From a virus: 58,670 bases of DNA. Position numbers and translations under genes: made by a program. Positions 27,383 through 35,914 of the stretch are shown here, in pieces. Location of the stretch: IMG/VR virus record IMGVR_UViG_3300003320_000379, positions 1 to 58,670 of that record; one strand, 5' to 3'. Under the pieces are notes generated by a model. That model worked only from the letters and a program-made list of their open reading frames with translations. It did not search any database and had not been told where the DNA came from. How positions within the stretch are numbered: position 1 is the stretch's first letter; every line of letters begins with the position of its first letter.

Positions 27383-28593
27383 AGCTGCACCCCGTGGATC
27401 TCCGCTTCGGCCTGCTCCACGAGCTTGTGGAACTCCTGGGCGGTCGCGGCGTCGGCGACGCTCACGCTCTCCGGGTCCACCTCTTCCAGCCGGACGCCCC
27501 AGTCCTCCGTGGCCGTGCCGCTCTTGATCGGGCGCTGCAGCTTGATCTTGCCCGCGTCGGTGGTGCCGACGTAGAGCCCGACGAACAGGCCGCCGCTGGG
27601 CAGCTTGCCGACGTACGGTGTGGTGTCGTCCAGGTGGCCGGGCTCCAGCAGCAGCGCGCTGTCCTTCAGCGCGGCCGGGTTCTCCTCCCGCAGCAGCTGC
27701 AGGTTCCGGGTCCAGGCGTTGGACTCCTGGGCGTTGGCCGGGCGCAGCTCCGTGCGGTCCAGCAAGGCGTACCCGAGGTGCCAGCCCAGGCTCTCCCGGT
27801 GGCGGGCCAGCTCAACGGTGACGGCGTCGGTGTCCACGTAGGTGATCTTCCCCGTGGTCAGCTCCCCGTCCACGTCGGTGACGTCGTGCCCGGTGACAAT
27901 CTCGCCCACACTGGGGTCGTACCGGCGCGGCTGGGTGACACGCTTCGCGGCTTCGGCCAGCCCCTCCGGGATCTTCACCAGCAGCGGCTCCGGCTTGACC
28001 ACCTGCGCCTTGAACTTGGCCAGGGTCTCCGGGGCGTCGCCGTCCAGCAGGATCGTCATCAGGTCCACGAGCGTGTGCGCGGAGTACTGGCCTCCGATCT
28101 TGTCCAGCAGGTTGACGGCGGAGTCGCGGATGCCCTGGAAGCGGCGCGCGTCGCGGGCGGCACGGGCGGCGTCCTGCAGCACGTCCTCCGTGGTCGCGCG
28201 CGGCGTCCCGCCCAGGTCGGCGTCCAGCCCGGAGATCAGCTTCTCCAGGAACTCCGCGCGCTCGCGGCTCGACTTGGCCGCCCGCTCCGCGCTCAGGGCC
28301 TGCTGCTCCAGCGCGTCGTACGTCGGCACCGGGCCGATGGCCTCCATGGCTCCGGCGCGGAAGCTCTCCGCCTCCTCGAACTCCTGGGAGATCTCGCCGA
28401 TGCGGTGGGCGGCGTCGGCGTAGGCGTGGCTGGACTCGTACAGGGCGCGGGCGCGGTCGGCGTCGCTGCACGCGATGGCCTGGCCACGCTGGTTGGCGGC
28501 GGACGCCCACAGCTTGGCCACTCCGTTGCGCAGGTGGACGATGCCGGTGGAGATGGCTTCGTGGTGCTCGTTCTCGGTTTCGGCGTAGCTCAT
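27379..28593 (-). CDS. hypothetical protein (404 aa)
   Basis: Track ORF; ATG 28593 after GAGCGAGGAACA; 53 nt from module 28647-28676. Confidence 0.7.
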   Translation of the reverse strand: MSYAETENEHHEAISTGIVHLRNGVAKLWASAANQRGQAIACSDADRARALYESSHAYADAAHRIGEISQEFEEAESFRAGAMEAIGPVPTYDALEQQALSAERAAKSSRERAEFLEKLISGLDADLGGTPRATTEDVLQDAARAARDARRFQGIRDSAVNLLDKIGGQYSAHTLVDLMTILLDGDAPETLAKFKAQVVKPEPLLVKIPEGLAEAAKRVTQPRRYDPSVGEIVTGHDVTDVDGELTTGKITYVDTDAVTVELARHRESLGWHLGYALLDRTELRPANAQESNAWTRNLQLLREENPAALKDSALLLEPGHLDDTTPYVGKLPSGGLFVGLYVGTTDAGKIKLQRPIKSGTATEDWGVRLEEVDPESVSVADAATAQEFHKLVEQAEAEIHGVQL

Positions 28594-28646
28594 TGTTCCT
28601 CGCTCGTATCTGTCGGTGGCGGCCGATTTACCTTGTCCGGACTAGA

Positions 28647-28676
28647 AGAATACCCCCCGGCGCGGGGTTTCGTCAA
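28647..28676 (-). promoter_or_regulatory. promoter-like module copy (CCCCGCGCC-G6 variant)
   Basis: minus strand TTGACGAAACCCCGCGCCGGGGGGTATTCT. Confidence 0.55.
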
Positions 28677-28697
28677 CCCGGCGCCGGAGGGCGAACC

Positions 28698-28910
28698 TCA
28701 CTTGATCGTCAGTCCCCGCTTGCGGAGCAGGTCCTTCGTCTTGCTCATCCCAGACCGGCCAGGCGTCCCGCTCATCGTGGTGACGTAGTCGCCGTTCTCG
28801 TCATAGATCTGGACATGGCCTTTGGCCGTGTTCCGCGTGGTGTAGCCCTGCTTCTCCACCTGCCGGATGATGTCCCGGACCTCTTTGTGGCTACTGTATG
28901 CGCCAGACAT
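28698..28910 (-). CDS. HicA-like (YcfA-family) small protein (70 aa)
   Basis: SHKEVRDIIRQVEKQGYTTRNTAKGHVQIYDENGDYVTTMSGTPG...SKTKDLLRKRGL follows the HicA pattern (...L.k.Gf....kGSH......g...t.p.H...l..g....ilk..gl); AAGGAG RBS. Confidence 0.5.
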   Translation of the reverse strand: MSGAYSSHKEVRDIIRQVEKQGYTTRNTAKGHVQIYDENGDYVTTMSGTPGRSGMSKTKDLLRKRGLTIK

Positions 28911-28938
28911 GTCACTCCTTGCAGTGGTTGATGGGTGC

Positions 28939-28979
28939 CCGGCGCCCCGCCGCCGGTGGTCACTCTGGCGGGGCGCCGG
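28939..28979 (-). terminator. GC-rich hairpin (13-bp stem)
   Basis: ccggcgccccgcc / ggcggggcgccgg after the TAG at 28986. Confidence 0.45.
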
Positions 28980-28985
28980 ACGGGT

Positions 28986-29174
28986 CTAGTCGGCGATGAA
29001 GCTGTCACCCACGCGCACGCCGTCGGCGTGGTGCTTGGCGACCAGGTGGCCGGTCACGAACTTGACCGCCGTGTTGCGCTCCGCGTGGTCGCGGTGGGCG
29101 CTGCAGAGCGGGCACTGGGCCCGGGTTTTGTCCCCGACCTGCTTCGTCTTGATCGTCCAGCTGCGGTTAGGCAC
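28986..29174 (-). CDS. small Cys/His-containing protein (62 aa)
   Basis: GTG 29174 after ...GGGAACGACGACGGACGGAGAACCCA; CPLCSAHRDH... Confidence 0.6.
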   Translation of the reverse strand: MPNRSWTIKTKQVGDKTRAQCPLCSAHRDHAERNTAVKFVTGHLVAKHHADGVRVGDSFIAD

Positions 29175-29211
29175 TGGGTTCTCCGTCCGTCGTCGTTCCC
29201 TTGCGGGATGT

Positions 29212-29241
29212 ACGATACCCCCCAGTGGGGGGTGAAGTCAA
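29212..29241 (-). promoter_or_regulatory. promoter-like module copy
   Basis: minus strand TTGACTTCACCCCCCACTGGGGGGTATCGT; sits directly after hairpin 29255-29290. Confidence 0.6.
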
Positions 29242-29254
29242 CCCCCGAAACGAG

Positions 29255-29290
29255 ACCGGCCCACCGCGTCGGGGATCGCGGTGGGCCGGT
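29255..29290 (-). terminator. strong hairpin (14-bp stem) closing the terminase operon
   Basis: accggcccaccgcg / cgcggtgggccggt, then CTCGTTTCGG on the minus strand. Confidence 0.55.
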
Positions 29291-29304
29291 GGAATCAGGG
29301 CAGG

Positions 29305-29703
29305 TCAGACGGCGGGCTGGTTCTCGAACTCCGACGGCCCGGGCTCCGTCATCTGCAGCGGGTCCGGGGCGGGCACGCCGTCGTCGCCCTCGACGCTGGA
29401 CCAGGCGGCCGCCGGGTTCGCGGTCACCACCTGCAGCAGGTCGACCGTGCGGCGGATCGCGTCCGTCAGCACGTCGTGCTGCCCCTCCGGGTACTGGCCG
29501 TTCACCTCCGCCTGCATCATCTGGTCCAGCTTGTCGACCAGCGTGTGGGCCAGCTCCGCGCCCGTCATGCCGTCGGAGCGCGGCATCCGGAAGGTGGTCT
29601 GGCCGTCCATGAGCGCCTGCACGGCGCCGCTGATCTCCAGATTGACCACCGGGACGTACTGGAATCCTGTGTTGGCGCTGGCGGTGAACGTCAAGGTCTT
29701 CAC
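29305..29703 (-). CDS. hypothetical protein (132 aa)
   Basis: GTG 29703 after GAGAGGA (VKTLTFTASANTGFQY...); the track ORF extends 14 codons further upstream. Confidence 0.6.
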   Translation of the reverse strand: MKTLTFTASANTGFQYVPVVNLEISGAVQALMDGQTTFRMPRSDGMTGAELAHTLVDKLDQMMQAEVNGQYPEGQHDVLTDAIRRTVDLLQVVTANPAAAWSSVEGDDGVPAPDPLQMTEPGPSEFENQPAV

Positions 29704-29728
29704 GGGGGGTGTCCTCTCGATTGGCTGG

Positions 29729-30226
29729 TTAGCAGGGTAAACCAAGATCAGTCCGGCGCCGGAGCACCATCTGGACGACCTTGGACGTCTCCGGGTAATT
29801 CTTCCCGCCGGGCGACTGCCACCGGCCGTCCGGCATCTTCACCCAGTCCGCCGGGTCGTGGGAGTCCGGGCGGCGCTGGTGCCGCCCCCAGCCCACCTCC
29901 GCCGTGTTTACCGGGCGGCGCTGCCGGACGCGCGGCGGCGCCAGCGGGTCGCCGGGCACGGGCTCCGTGAGGGCATCCAGCTCCGCGCGCTCGCCGCGCC
30001 AGCGGGCGTAGCTGGCCAGCTGCGCCTCCGTGAAGCCGCCAGCGAGCGCGCGCGCCAGCTCGTGAGGCGTCCGGACCACCATGGCCCAGCCGCGCGCCTG
30101 CGGCGTGCTCAGGCGGAAGCGGCCCTGTCCTAGGGCTTCCACCTTCAGGTGCAGCTCCCGCACCTGGTGCGCGGTCGGTGGCGGGCCGGAGAGCTGGCCG
30201 CCGGTGGAACGCCTGATCTCGGTCAC
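29729..30226 (-). CDS. hypothetical protein (165 aa)
   Basis: GTGA overlap with the TerL stop; VTEIRRSTGGQLSG...; the upstream part of the track ORF is out-of-frame overlap with TerL. Confidence 0.6.
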   Translation of the reverse strand: MTEIRRSTGGQLSGPPPTAHQVRELHLKVEALGQGRFRLSTPQARGWAMVVRTPHELARALAGGFTEAQLASYARWRGERAELDALTEPVPGDPLAPPRVRQRRPVNTAEVGWGRHQRRPDSHDPADWVKMPDGRWQSPGGKNYPETSKVVQMVLRRRTDLGLPC

Positions 30227-32055
30227 AGTCGCCCCCTGCGGGTCGCTCGGAGGTTGGCGGGCATTCCCTGCGTGGTGCGCGTCGGGATCGGCGGCGGCTT
30301 CGGCGGAGCCTTCTCCGTGCGCGGTTCGGCCAGCTCGCCCAGCTCCGCCATGAGGTGGGCCCAGTGCACGGCGGCGTCCATCCGGTCCGGGCTGTCCTGG
30401 GTAACCAGCCAGGTGGCCATCTGGTTTTCCAGCTTCGTCTTCGGGCCGACGTGGCGGATCTTGCCGTTCTCCCAGTACGGGCTGGCGAGGTCGGCGCGCA
30501 CGCTTTTGGACCCCACGGCGTTGATGGCCTGGGTGGGCGGCCCAGCGTCCGGCAGGCGCAGCACGTTGATCACCCAGGGCCACAGCTCCGTCAGCTGGGA
30601 CTGCAGCTCGCCCAGGTCTCGCTGGTCGTCGTCTTCGTCGGCCAGTGCGCGCATCGCGGCATCCAGCACGGCGACCGTGGGCGCGTCCGGCCAGTCGGCC
30701 AGCAGGTCCTTGACGGTGGTCCCCGGCTTGGACCACTTCAGCTGGGCGCGGACCAGCTCCCGCGCCTGCTTGTGGATCTTGCGCCACTCCTGCCGGATGC
30801 TCTTGGCCAGCTTGGACAGGGACTTCTCATAGGCAAGGCGCCCCGCGTTGTTGCGGAACATCGCGAAGAGCGCCTGCCGCACCCACTGGGCCACCGTGTA
30901 GTGCGCGGAGTTGTCCTCCAGCAGGTACCACTTCCCGTCGGTGCCCAGGCCGCCGGTGATGATGCCCGCTTCGTCGCCGTCGCCGGAGTTGTCGGCCGGG
31001 TCCACCACGGTGATCACGTAGATCAGCTCCGGCGCGGCGGCCACGCGGTTCTTCTCGAACCACTCGCGTTTGAAGATCCCGCCTTCCGGCGCGGCCGGGG
31101 CGCCCTGGTACTGGGCGAACCACCAGCGGGTGCCCACGTCGATCTTCCGGCGCTCCCAGTCGGCGACGGAGCGGCCGCGCGTGGACTGCATGTACTCGCC
31201 CGGCTTGCGGCCCAGCAGGTCGTCCTGGCCGTCTTCAGCCTGCGCAGGGATGTTCAGGTGCAGCCACTCGTTGGTGCCCTCTTTGGCCTGTTTCTTCAGC
31301 AGCCAGCCGGTGAGGTCGTCTTCGTGCCACCGGGTCTGGACGACCACGATCACCGACGTGGGCGGCAGGCGGGCGAGGACCACGGCCTGGTACCAGTCGG
31401 TGACGGCCTTGCGCCACACCTCGCTGTCGGCCTGCTTCGGGTCCTTGATCGGGTCGTCGATCACGATAATGTCAGCGGGGCGCCCTGACAGGGACGAGCC
31501 GACGCCCACCGCGATCACGCCACCGGCGCGCGCGCCCTTGGACCCCGGGACGTCGGCGAAGGACCACGCCGTCTGCTTGGCCCGGTCAGGGTCAAGCCGC
31601 AGGCCCAGGACGTCGACGTGGTCCGGCGCCAGCTCCTGGCCCCGGTAGCCGCCGCCGTGCGTCTCGAACAGCCGACGGATCTCCAGCGCGGACTGGCCCG
31701 CGATGGTCTGTTCGTACGACGCGAAGACGACGCGACGGCGAGGGTTCTGCAGCAGCAACCAGGCGCAGCCGTCCTGCAGGCGCGAGGTTTTCCCCTCCTG
31801 CGGGGGGCAGTTCAGGATGATGCGCTGGTGCTCGCCGCGATCGGCCTTCATGATCGCTTCGTCCAGAATGTCGAGCATCGGGGTCTGGACGAATTCCGGC
31901 CGCCAGTACTGGGACAGGTGTCCCGGCGTGGGGAACCGCAGACGGGCGGACTGCCACGTGAGCAGCGGCCGCAGGCGGTACTCCGCCAGCGCCCGGTCCT
32001 GCGGTTCCAGACCGTCCAGGATCTCCTGGATCTGGTCTTCCAGGGACGCCGTCAC
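30223..32055 (-). CDS. terL: terminase large subunit (610 aa)
   Basis: Walker A-like ILNCPPQEGKTS and Walker B-like DIIVIDDPIKD; the nuclease half has ...VVDPADNSGDGDEAGI...; GTGA overlap with TerS. Confidence 0.9.
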   Translation of the reverse strand: MTASLEDQIQEILDGLEPQDRALAEYRLRPLLTWQSARLRFPTPGHLSQYWRPEFVQTPMLDILDEAIMKADRGEHQRIILNCPPQEGKTSRLQDGCAWLLLQNPRRRVVFASYEQTIAGQSALEIRRLFETHGGGYRGQELAPDHVDVLGLRLDPDRAKQTAWSFADVPGSKGARAGGVIAVGVGSSLSGRPADIIVIDDPIKDPKQADSEVWRKAVTDWYQAVVLARLPPTSVIVVVQTRWHEDDLTGWLLKKQAKEGTNEWLHLNIPAQAEDGQDDLLGRKPGEYMQSTRGRSVADWERRKIDVGTRWWFAQYQGAPAAPEGGIFKREWFEKNRVAAAPELIYVITVVDPADNSGDGDEAGIITGGLGTDGKWYLLEDNSAHYTVAQWVRQALFAMFRNNAGRLAYEKSLSKLAKSIRQEWRKIHKQARELVRAQLKWSKPGTTVKDLLADWPDAPTVAVLDAAMRALADEDDDQRDLGELQSQLTELWPWVINVLRLPDAGPPTQAINAVGSKSVRADLASPYWENGKIRHVGPKTKLENQMATWLVTQDSPDRMDAAVHWAHLMAELGELAEPRTEKAPPKPPPIPTRTTQGMPANLRATRRGRL

Positions 32056-32540
32056 CCCGCCTCCGGCAGCATCCGCCGCAGCGGCACCACCTCCGCCTGG
32101 GACACAGCACCCTCCACAATCCGGCTGATCTTGCTCACGGCTTCGTCCACGGCGTTGACCTGGACGTCCACGCGAGTGGCCGCGTTCAGGCCCAGCATGT
32201 CGTTCATGGCCTTCATGATCGCCAGCACCCGATCCGCCGCCTTCTCGTCACCCTTCAGGGCGCGGGCGAAGAACGGCCGGAGCAGCAGGTCATAGCGGCG
32301 CAGCTGCTGCCCCACCATCTCGTCGCGCTGGGACGCGCGCTCTTCGTAGTAGCGCCGGAACTCCTGCTGCAGCAGGCGGTTGGCGACGGCATGAGTCACG
32401 CCCACGGCTTCGGCGGCAGCTGCCACGGACGGGACCCCGGCGGCCACGAGATCCACCAGCTTGGCGGTGGCCACTTCGTCTGCGTACTTGGACGAGATCC
32501 GCGCTCCCCGCTGCGTCGTCCGCTTGTCGATCGTGCCCAT
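32052..32540 (-). CDS. terS: terminase small subunit (162 aa)
   Basis: Directly upstream of and overlapping TerL; N-terminal HTH-like segment (LVAAGVPSVAAAAEAVGVTHAVANRLL), then a helical oligomerisation-like region. Confidence 0.65.
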   Translation of the reverse strand: MGTIDKRTTQRGARISSKYADEVATAKLVDLVAAGVPSVAAAAEAVGVTHAVANRLLQQEFRRYYEERASQRDEMVGQQLRRYDLLLRPFFARALKGDEKAADRVLAIMKAMNDMLGLNAATRVDVQVNAVDEAVSKISRIVEGAVSQAEVVPLRRMLPEAG

Positions 32541-32546
32541 GGTCGG

Positions 32547-32575
32547 AGTCTACCCCCTGCCGGGGTGATTACTAA
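32547..32575 (-). promoter_or_regulatory. degenerate promoter-like module, leaderless class
   Basis: minus strand TTAGTAATCACCCCGGCAGGGGGTAGACT, then CCGACC, then ATG of TerS. Confidence 0.45.
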
Positions 32576-32578
32576 GGA

Positions 32579-33295
32579 TCACTGTCTGACCGCGCCAACG
32601 GGCGGCGTCTCGTCCACGGCGTCGCCCACCAGGTGCAGGAAGGTCTCCGCGTAGCCGCCCTCGAAATCTTCCGACAGGTTGCGCAGGTGATTGGTTACCC
32701 ACTGGTACTGGTCCACGGTGAAGATCAGGTTTAGCACCCGCGTGGGGTTCTCGTCGTACGCCTTGACGTGGCCTTCCAAGCCACCGTCCTGCTTTGCCGC
32801 GTCCGACCTGTCCACTGTGGACGGCACGGGGTCCGGGTCGTCGGCGCCGAAGGGGTCCGGGTCCTCCTCCACGTCGGCGAGCGCCGCCAGCGTGCTGCCC
32901 AGGTCGTCCAGGTCGGCCTGGCTGTAGCCCGTCGCGGCCAGCAGGCCGTCACGCTCCGTCTGCTCCAGCAGCGCCAGCAGCCCGGTTTCGTCGTACGTCG
33001 CGTCATCGCTGCTGCGGTTGTCAGCCACCAGGATGGCGCGCGCCTGGGCCTCGCTACAGCTGATGAAGGTGGCCATGATCTCCGCGCGGCCCATCACGTC
33101 GGCCAGCACGCGGTGGGTGTTGTTGCCCTTCACGATGTAGCCCGTGGGCTCGTGCACGACCACCGGCGCGTACTGGCCGTGGGCCCGCAGGGACGCCTCT
33201 ATCCGCGCGGTGTCGCCCTTGCGCGCGTTCTCGGGGTGCCGGGTAACGCTGGTGATGGGGACCAGCGCCGTGCGCAGGACGGTGACCTTCTCCAT
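32579..33295 (-). CDS. ParB-like nuclease domain protein (238 aa)
   Basis: VPITSVTRHPENARKGDTARIEASLRAHGQYAPVVVHEPTGYIVKGNNTHRV (ParB N-terminal domain pattern). Confidence 0.7.
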   Translation of the reverse strand: MEKVTVLRTALVPITSVTRHPENARKGDTARIEASLRAHGQYAPVVVHEPTGYIVKGNNTHRVLADVMGRAEIMATFISCSEAQARAILVADNRSSDDATYDETGLLALLEQTERDGLLAATGYSQADLDDLGSTLAALADVEEDPDPFGADDPDPVPSTVDRSDAAKQDGGLEGHVKAYDENPTRVLNLIFTVDQYQWVTNHLRNLSEDFEGGYAETFLHLVGDAVDETPPVGAVRQ

Positions 33296-33301
33296 GCTGC
33301 G

Positions 33302-33333
33302 ACTCTACCCCCTGGCGCGGGGTTTCCTGTCAG
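33302..33333 (-). promoter_or_regulatory. degenerate promoter-like module, leaderless class
   Basis: minus strand CTGACAGGAAACCCCGCGCCAGGGGGTAGAGT, then CGCAGC, then ATG 33295; the upstream gene's TGA lies inside the CTGACA. Confidence 0.45.
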
Positions 33334-34013
33334 GCGTGGAAGAACGCGGCCTGCTTCGCTGTGCCGCCAGCGGCCACCGGTGTGTTCATCAGGTCGACCA
33401 CTTCGGCGTCGGTCGGCCAGCTGGTCAGCATCCGGAGATCGTCCACAGCGGGTCCGGCGGTCGACCACTCCGCCATGTCGATCCGGCTGGCGCCGGTGCT
33501 CAGCTGGGTGCCTGGCCCGCCGTCGGCGGTGGACTGCCCGGCGGGCAGCGTCAGGGCGCCGTCGCGCAGGAAGTCGATCACGCCCGTGGAGCGCTGGTAC
33601 CGCAGGCAGTAGTGGTGCCAGGCGGCGCCGGGCGGGGGCGCGGTGGGCCGGGTCGCCAGCCCTTCGGTCCCTGCGGACCGGACCTGCCCGGCCATGTTCC
33701 CGGAGACCAGCAGGATGCCCCAGGTGCCGGAGTTGATCGCGTCTTTCTGCCAGCGCACCCACCAGGTGGTCAGGTTGCCCTGGGCCCAGAACATCACCGC
33801 GCGGTCGTCGGTCTCGCTGGCGGCCACGAGCCCGGCGGGGAACACCGGCATGGTGGCGCCCGTCTTGCCGAATGCGCCGCCGGTGTGGCCGCCCGCGACC
33901 ACGGCGCCGTTGCTACCCGTCAGGTCCAGGTCCCAGCCGTTGCCGGACAGATCCGGCACGACGGTGCCGCCGATGTTGTCGAACGCCCAGGCGCCCAGCA
34001 CGTTCACGGTCAC
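33330..34013 (-). CDS. LamG / concanavalin-A-like lectin domain protein (227 aa), probable receptor-binding accessory
   Basis: ...VPDLSGNGWDLDLTG...GAFGKTG...WHHYCLRY...IDFLRDGAL...DDLRML resembles Laminin_G_3-type domains; immediately follows the tail fibre gene. Confidence 0.45.
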   Translation of the reverse strand: MTVNVLGAWAFDNIGGTVVPDLSGNGWDLDLTGSNGAVVAGGHTGGAFGKTGATMPVFPAGLVAASETDDRAVMFWAQGNLTTWWVRWQKDAINSGTWGILLVSGNMAGQVRSAGTEGLATRPTAPPPGAAWHHYCLRYQRSTGVIDFLRDGALTLPAGQSTADGGPGTQLSTGASRIDMAEWSTAGPAVDDLRMLTSWPTDAEVVDLMNTPVAAGGTAKQAAFFHA

Positions 34014-34014
34014 G

Positions 34015-35328
34015 TCAGGCTCCCGGCTCGAACGCCAGCACGTGCCACTTCGCCGCCGTGGAGTCGTACATGGCGGTCAGGTATCCGACCTTCCCGGCGG
34101 CGCCGTTCAGGGTGGTGTTGGGCACGTTGCTGCCCAGGCTGAAGACGGGGTCCAGGGTGATGGTCCGGCCGCCGGTGCCGTCCTGCCGGAAGCGCCACGT
34201 CCGCTTCATGCCGTCGCGCGGGTTCGTCGGGGCGGCCAGCGTGCGGTTGCCCGCCAGCGTGACGGTGAAGACCAACCCGGCGGCGGCGTCGGTCGCGATG
34301 CTCGCCTGATCGGTGAGCGCCACCACGCCGTCGTCGGCCACCCAGGTGCCGCCGGAGCGCCGGATGAACACGCCGTTGGCCGGGGCGAGCGCCGCGATCG
34401 CGGTCAGGTCCGCGTCGGCGGGCTGCGCGCCCACCTGGCCGGGCGTGGTGGGGATGGTCGGCTGGCCGGTGAGGTCGGCGTACGCGCCCGAGGTGGCGAC
34501 CGGCGCGAGCGCGGGGCGGCCGGACAGGTCCGCGTAGGCGCCGCTCGTGGCGACGGCGGCCAGCACCGGCTTACCGGACAGGTCGGCGTAGGCGCCGCTG
34601 AACGAGACCAGGGCGAGCTGGCCGGGCTGGACGGCGGTTCCGGCCAGGGAGAGCGCGGCTTGCACGGCAGCGGCCAGATCAGCGGCCGGGATGCCTGTCC
34701 CCGGCTTCTCGTACTTGGCGGCCAGCGCGGACACCAGGCCGGTGACGGCGGTCTGGGGGATGTTCGTCAGGGCGGCGCCGTTGACGCGGACCGTCGGGTG
34801 CACGGTCGTGCCGCCGATGACGATCGTGGCGTCGGCGGCGGTGACGTCCGCGACCCCGGAGCCCGGCCCGGTCCCGGCGGGCAGCGCCTCCCACTTGCCG
34901 TCGGCGGCCACGAAGGTGAGCACGTCGCCGTCCGCGAGGCCGGTCAGGTCGACGTCCGTGTGGTCGGCCAGCCGGTGCGCGGTGACGGGCGGGATAGGCG
35001 TCCCGGGCGGCAGCGGGTCCACCAGCCGGTCGCGGAAGTTGATCGGGCCGCCGGTGGCGGGCACGGTGAAGCCGAAGAACGCGTCCGTCTGCCGGGTGTT
35101 GTCGCGCCAGTCCACCGTGTAGTACTGGCCGGTAAGTTCGTAGTCGTCGCTCGGGATCAGGTCCGCATCCCACCGGCCGTCGGTGTCGGTGTCGACCACG
35201 GCGACGCGCGCCACGGCGCTGGCCAGGATCGTGAACGGATTGCCGGGCGAGACGGAGCGGATGATCACGCGCTGCCGCTGCAGCGGGCGGCCCGTCGGGT
35301 CCGTCAGGATGCCGTAGACCTGGACCAC
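34015..35328 (-). CDS. tail fibre protein (437 aa)
   Basis: N-terminal beta-sandwich-like MVQVYGILTDPTGRPLQRQRVII; three SGAYADL(S/T)G(K/R/Q)P repeats typical of phage fibre repeats; GAGAGGAG RBS. Confidence 0.6.
   Translation of the reverse strand: MVQVYGILTDPTGRPLQRQRVIIRSVSPGNPFTILASAVARVAVVDTDTDGRWDADLIPSDDYELTGQYYTVDWRDNTRQTDAFFGFTVPATGGPINFRDRLVDPLPPGTPIPPVTAHRLADHTDVDLTGLADGDVLTFVAADGKWEALPAGTGPGSGVADVTAADATIVIGGTTVHPTVRVNGAALTNIPQTAVTGLVSALAAKYEKPGTGIPAADLAAAVQAALSLAGTAVQPGQLALVSFSGAYADLSGKPVLAAVATSGAYADLSGRPALAPVATSGAYADLTGQPTIPTTPGQVGAQPADADLTAIAALAPANGVFIRRSGGTWVADDGVVALTDQASIATDAAAGLVFTVTLAGNRTLAAPTNPRDGMKRTWRFRQDGTGGRTITLDPVFSLGSNVPNTTLNGAAGKVGYLTAMYDSTAAKWHVLAFEPGA
34459..34599 (-). 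repeat. in-frame ~54-nt tandem repeat (2.6 copies) inside the tail fibre gene
   Basis: encodes SGAYADLSGKPVLAAVAT / SGAYADLSGRPALAPVAT / SGAYADLTGQP. Confidence 0.75.
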
Positions 35329-35340
35329 GCCGGGCTCCTC

Positions 35341-35730
35341 TCAGGCAGGGGCCAGCGCGCTGCAGTCGGTGATCCGCAGCTCCATGCGCGGCCCGCGCTC
35401 AGGGTACGGGTCGTCCCGCTTCAGGATCACCGACATGCGGGCGGAGAGCACCCGGTCCCCGGAATCGTCCGGCAGCACCTTGGCGTCCACCAGGCCGTCC
35501 TGCAGCGGCTTCAGGGTGGCCGCGATGTTGTCGGCGTCGGCCCGCCGGTTGTCGCCCTTGAACCACACCAGCTCGACGATCACCGCGCCCATGGGCGGGA
35601 TCTTCAGGGACTTGGCCAGCACCCAGCTGTCCCGCCGGACCTGCTTCACCACGCGCGCCTTGGCCTGGTGGTGCAGCTGAACGTTGAGCGTGAGCGGCGG
35701 CCGCCGGTACGGCAGCGGAACGGTGATCAC
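35341..35730 (-). CDS. rusA: RusA-family Holliday junction resolvase (129 aa)
   Basis: ...VELVWFKGDNRRADADNIAATLKPLQDGLVDAKVLPDDSGDRV matches the RusA motif (D.DN....K...D.l.......DD). Confidence 0.75.
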   Translation of the reverse strand: MITVPLPYRRPPLTLNVQLHHQAKARVVKQVRRDSWVLAKSLKIPPMGAVIVELVWFKGDNRRADADNIAATLKPLQDGLVDAKVLPDDSGDRVLSARMSVILKRDDPYPERGPRMELRITDCSALAPA

Positions 35731-35912
35731 TCCGCGTCCAGCGAGCGCGTGACGGCAGCCTGCGCGGCAGCGCGCCAGGCGTCCGCGATCCTCGGATTCT
35801 TGCGGCGCTGCGTCTCCCAGCCCGGCAGGGGGTCGCCGTTGAAGGCGACGCCACCCACCGCCCGGGTGTACGCCTCGTACGCGGCCTGGGCCGCCTGGTC
35901 GACCGTGGCCAC
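35727..35912 (-). CDS. hypothetical small protein (61 aa)
   Basis: GTG 35912 lies 2 nt after the lysin stop; VATVDQAAQAAYEAYTRAVGGVAFNGDPLPGWETQRR... Confidence 0.5.
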   Translation of the reverse strand: MATVDQAAQAAYEAYTRAVGGVAFNGDPLPGWETQRRKNPRIADAWRAAAQAAVTRSLDAE

Positions 35913-35914
35913 GC

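Noticed and set aside
11609-29241. The possibility that the recurring ~29-bp palindromic element is a CRISPR array
   Set aside because: Spacing between copies ranges from about 270 to 2,400 bp, and the intervals contain complete genes with RBSs. The repeats are imperfect and each aligns with a gene start in promoter geometry (-35/-10). No cas genes are present.
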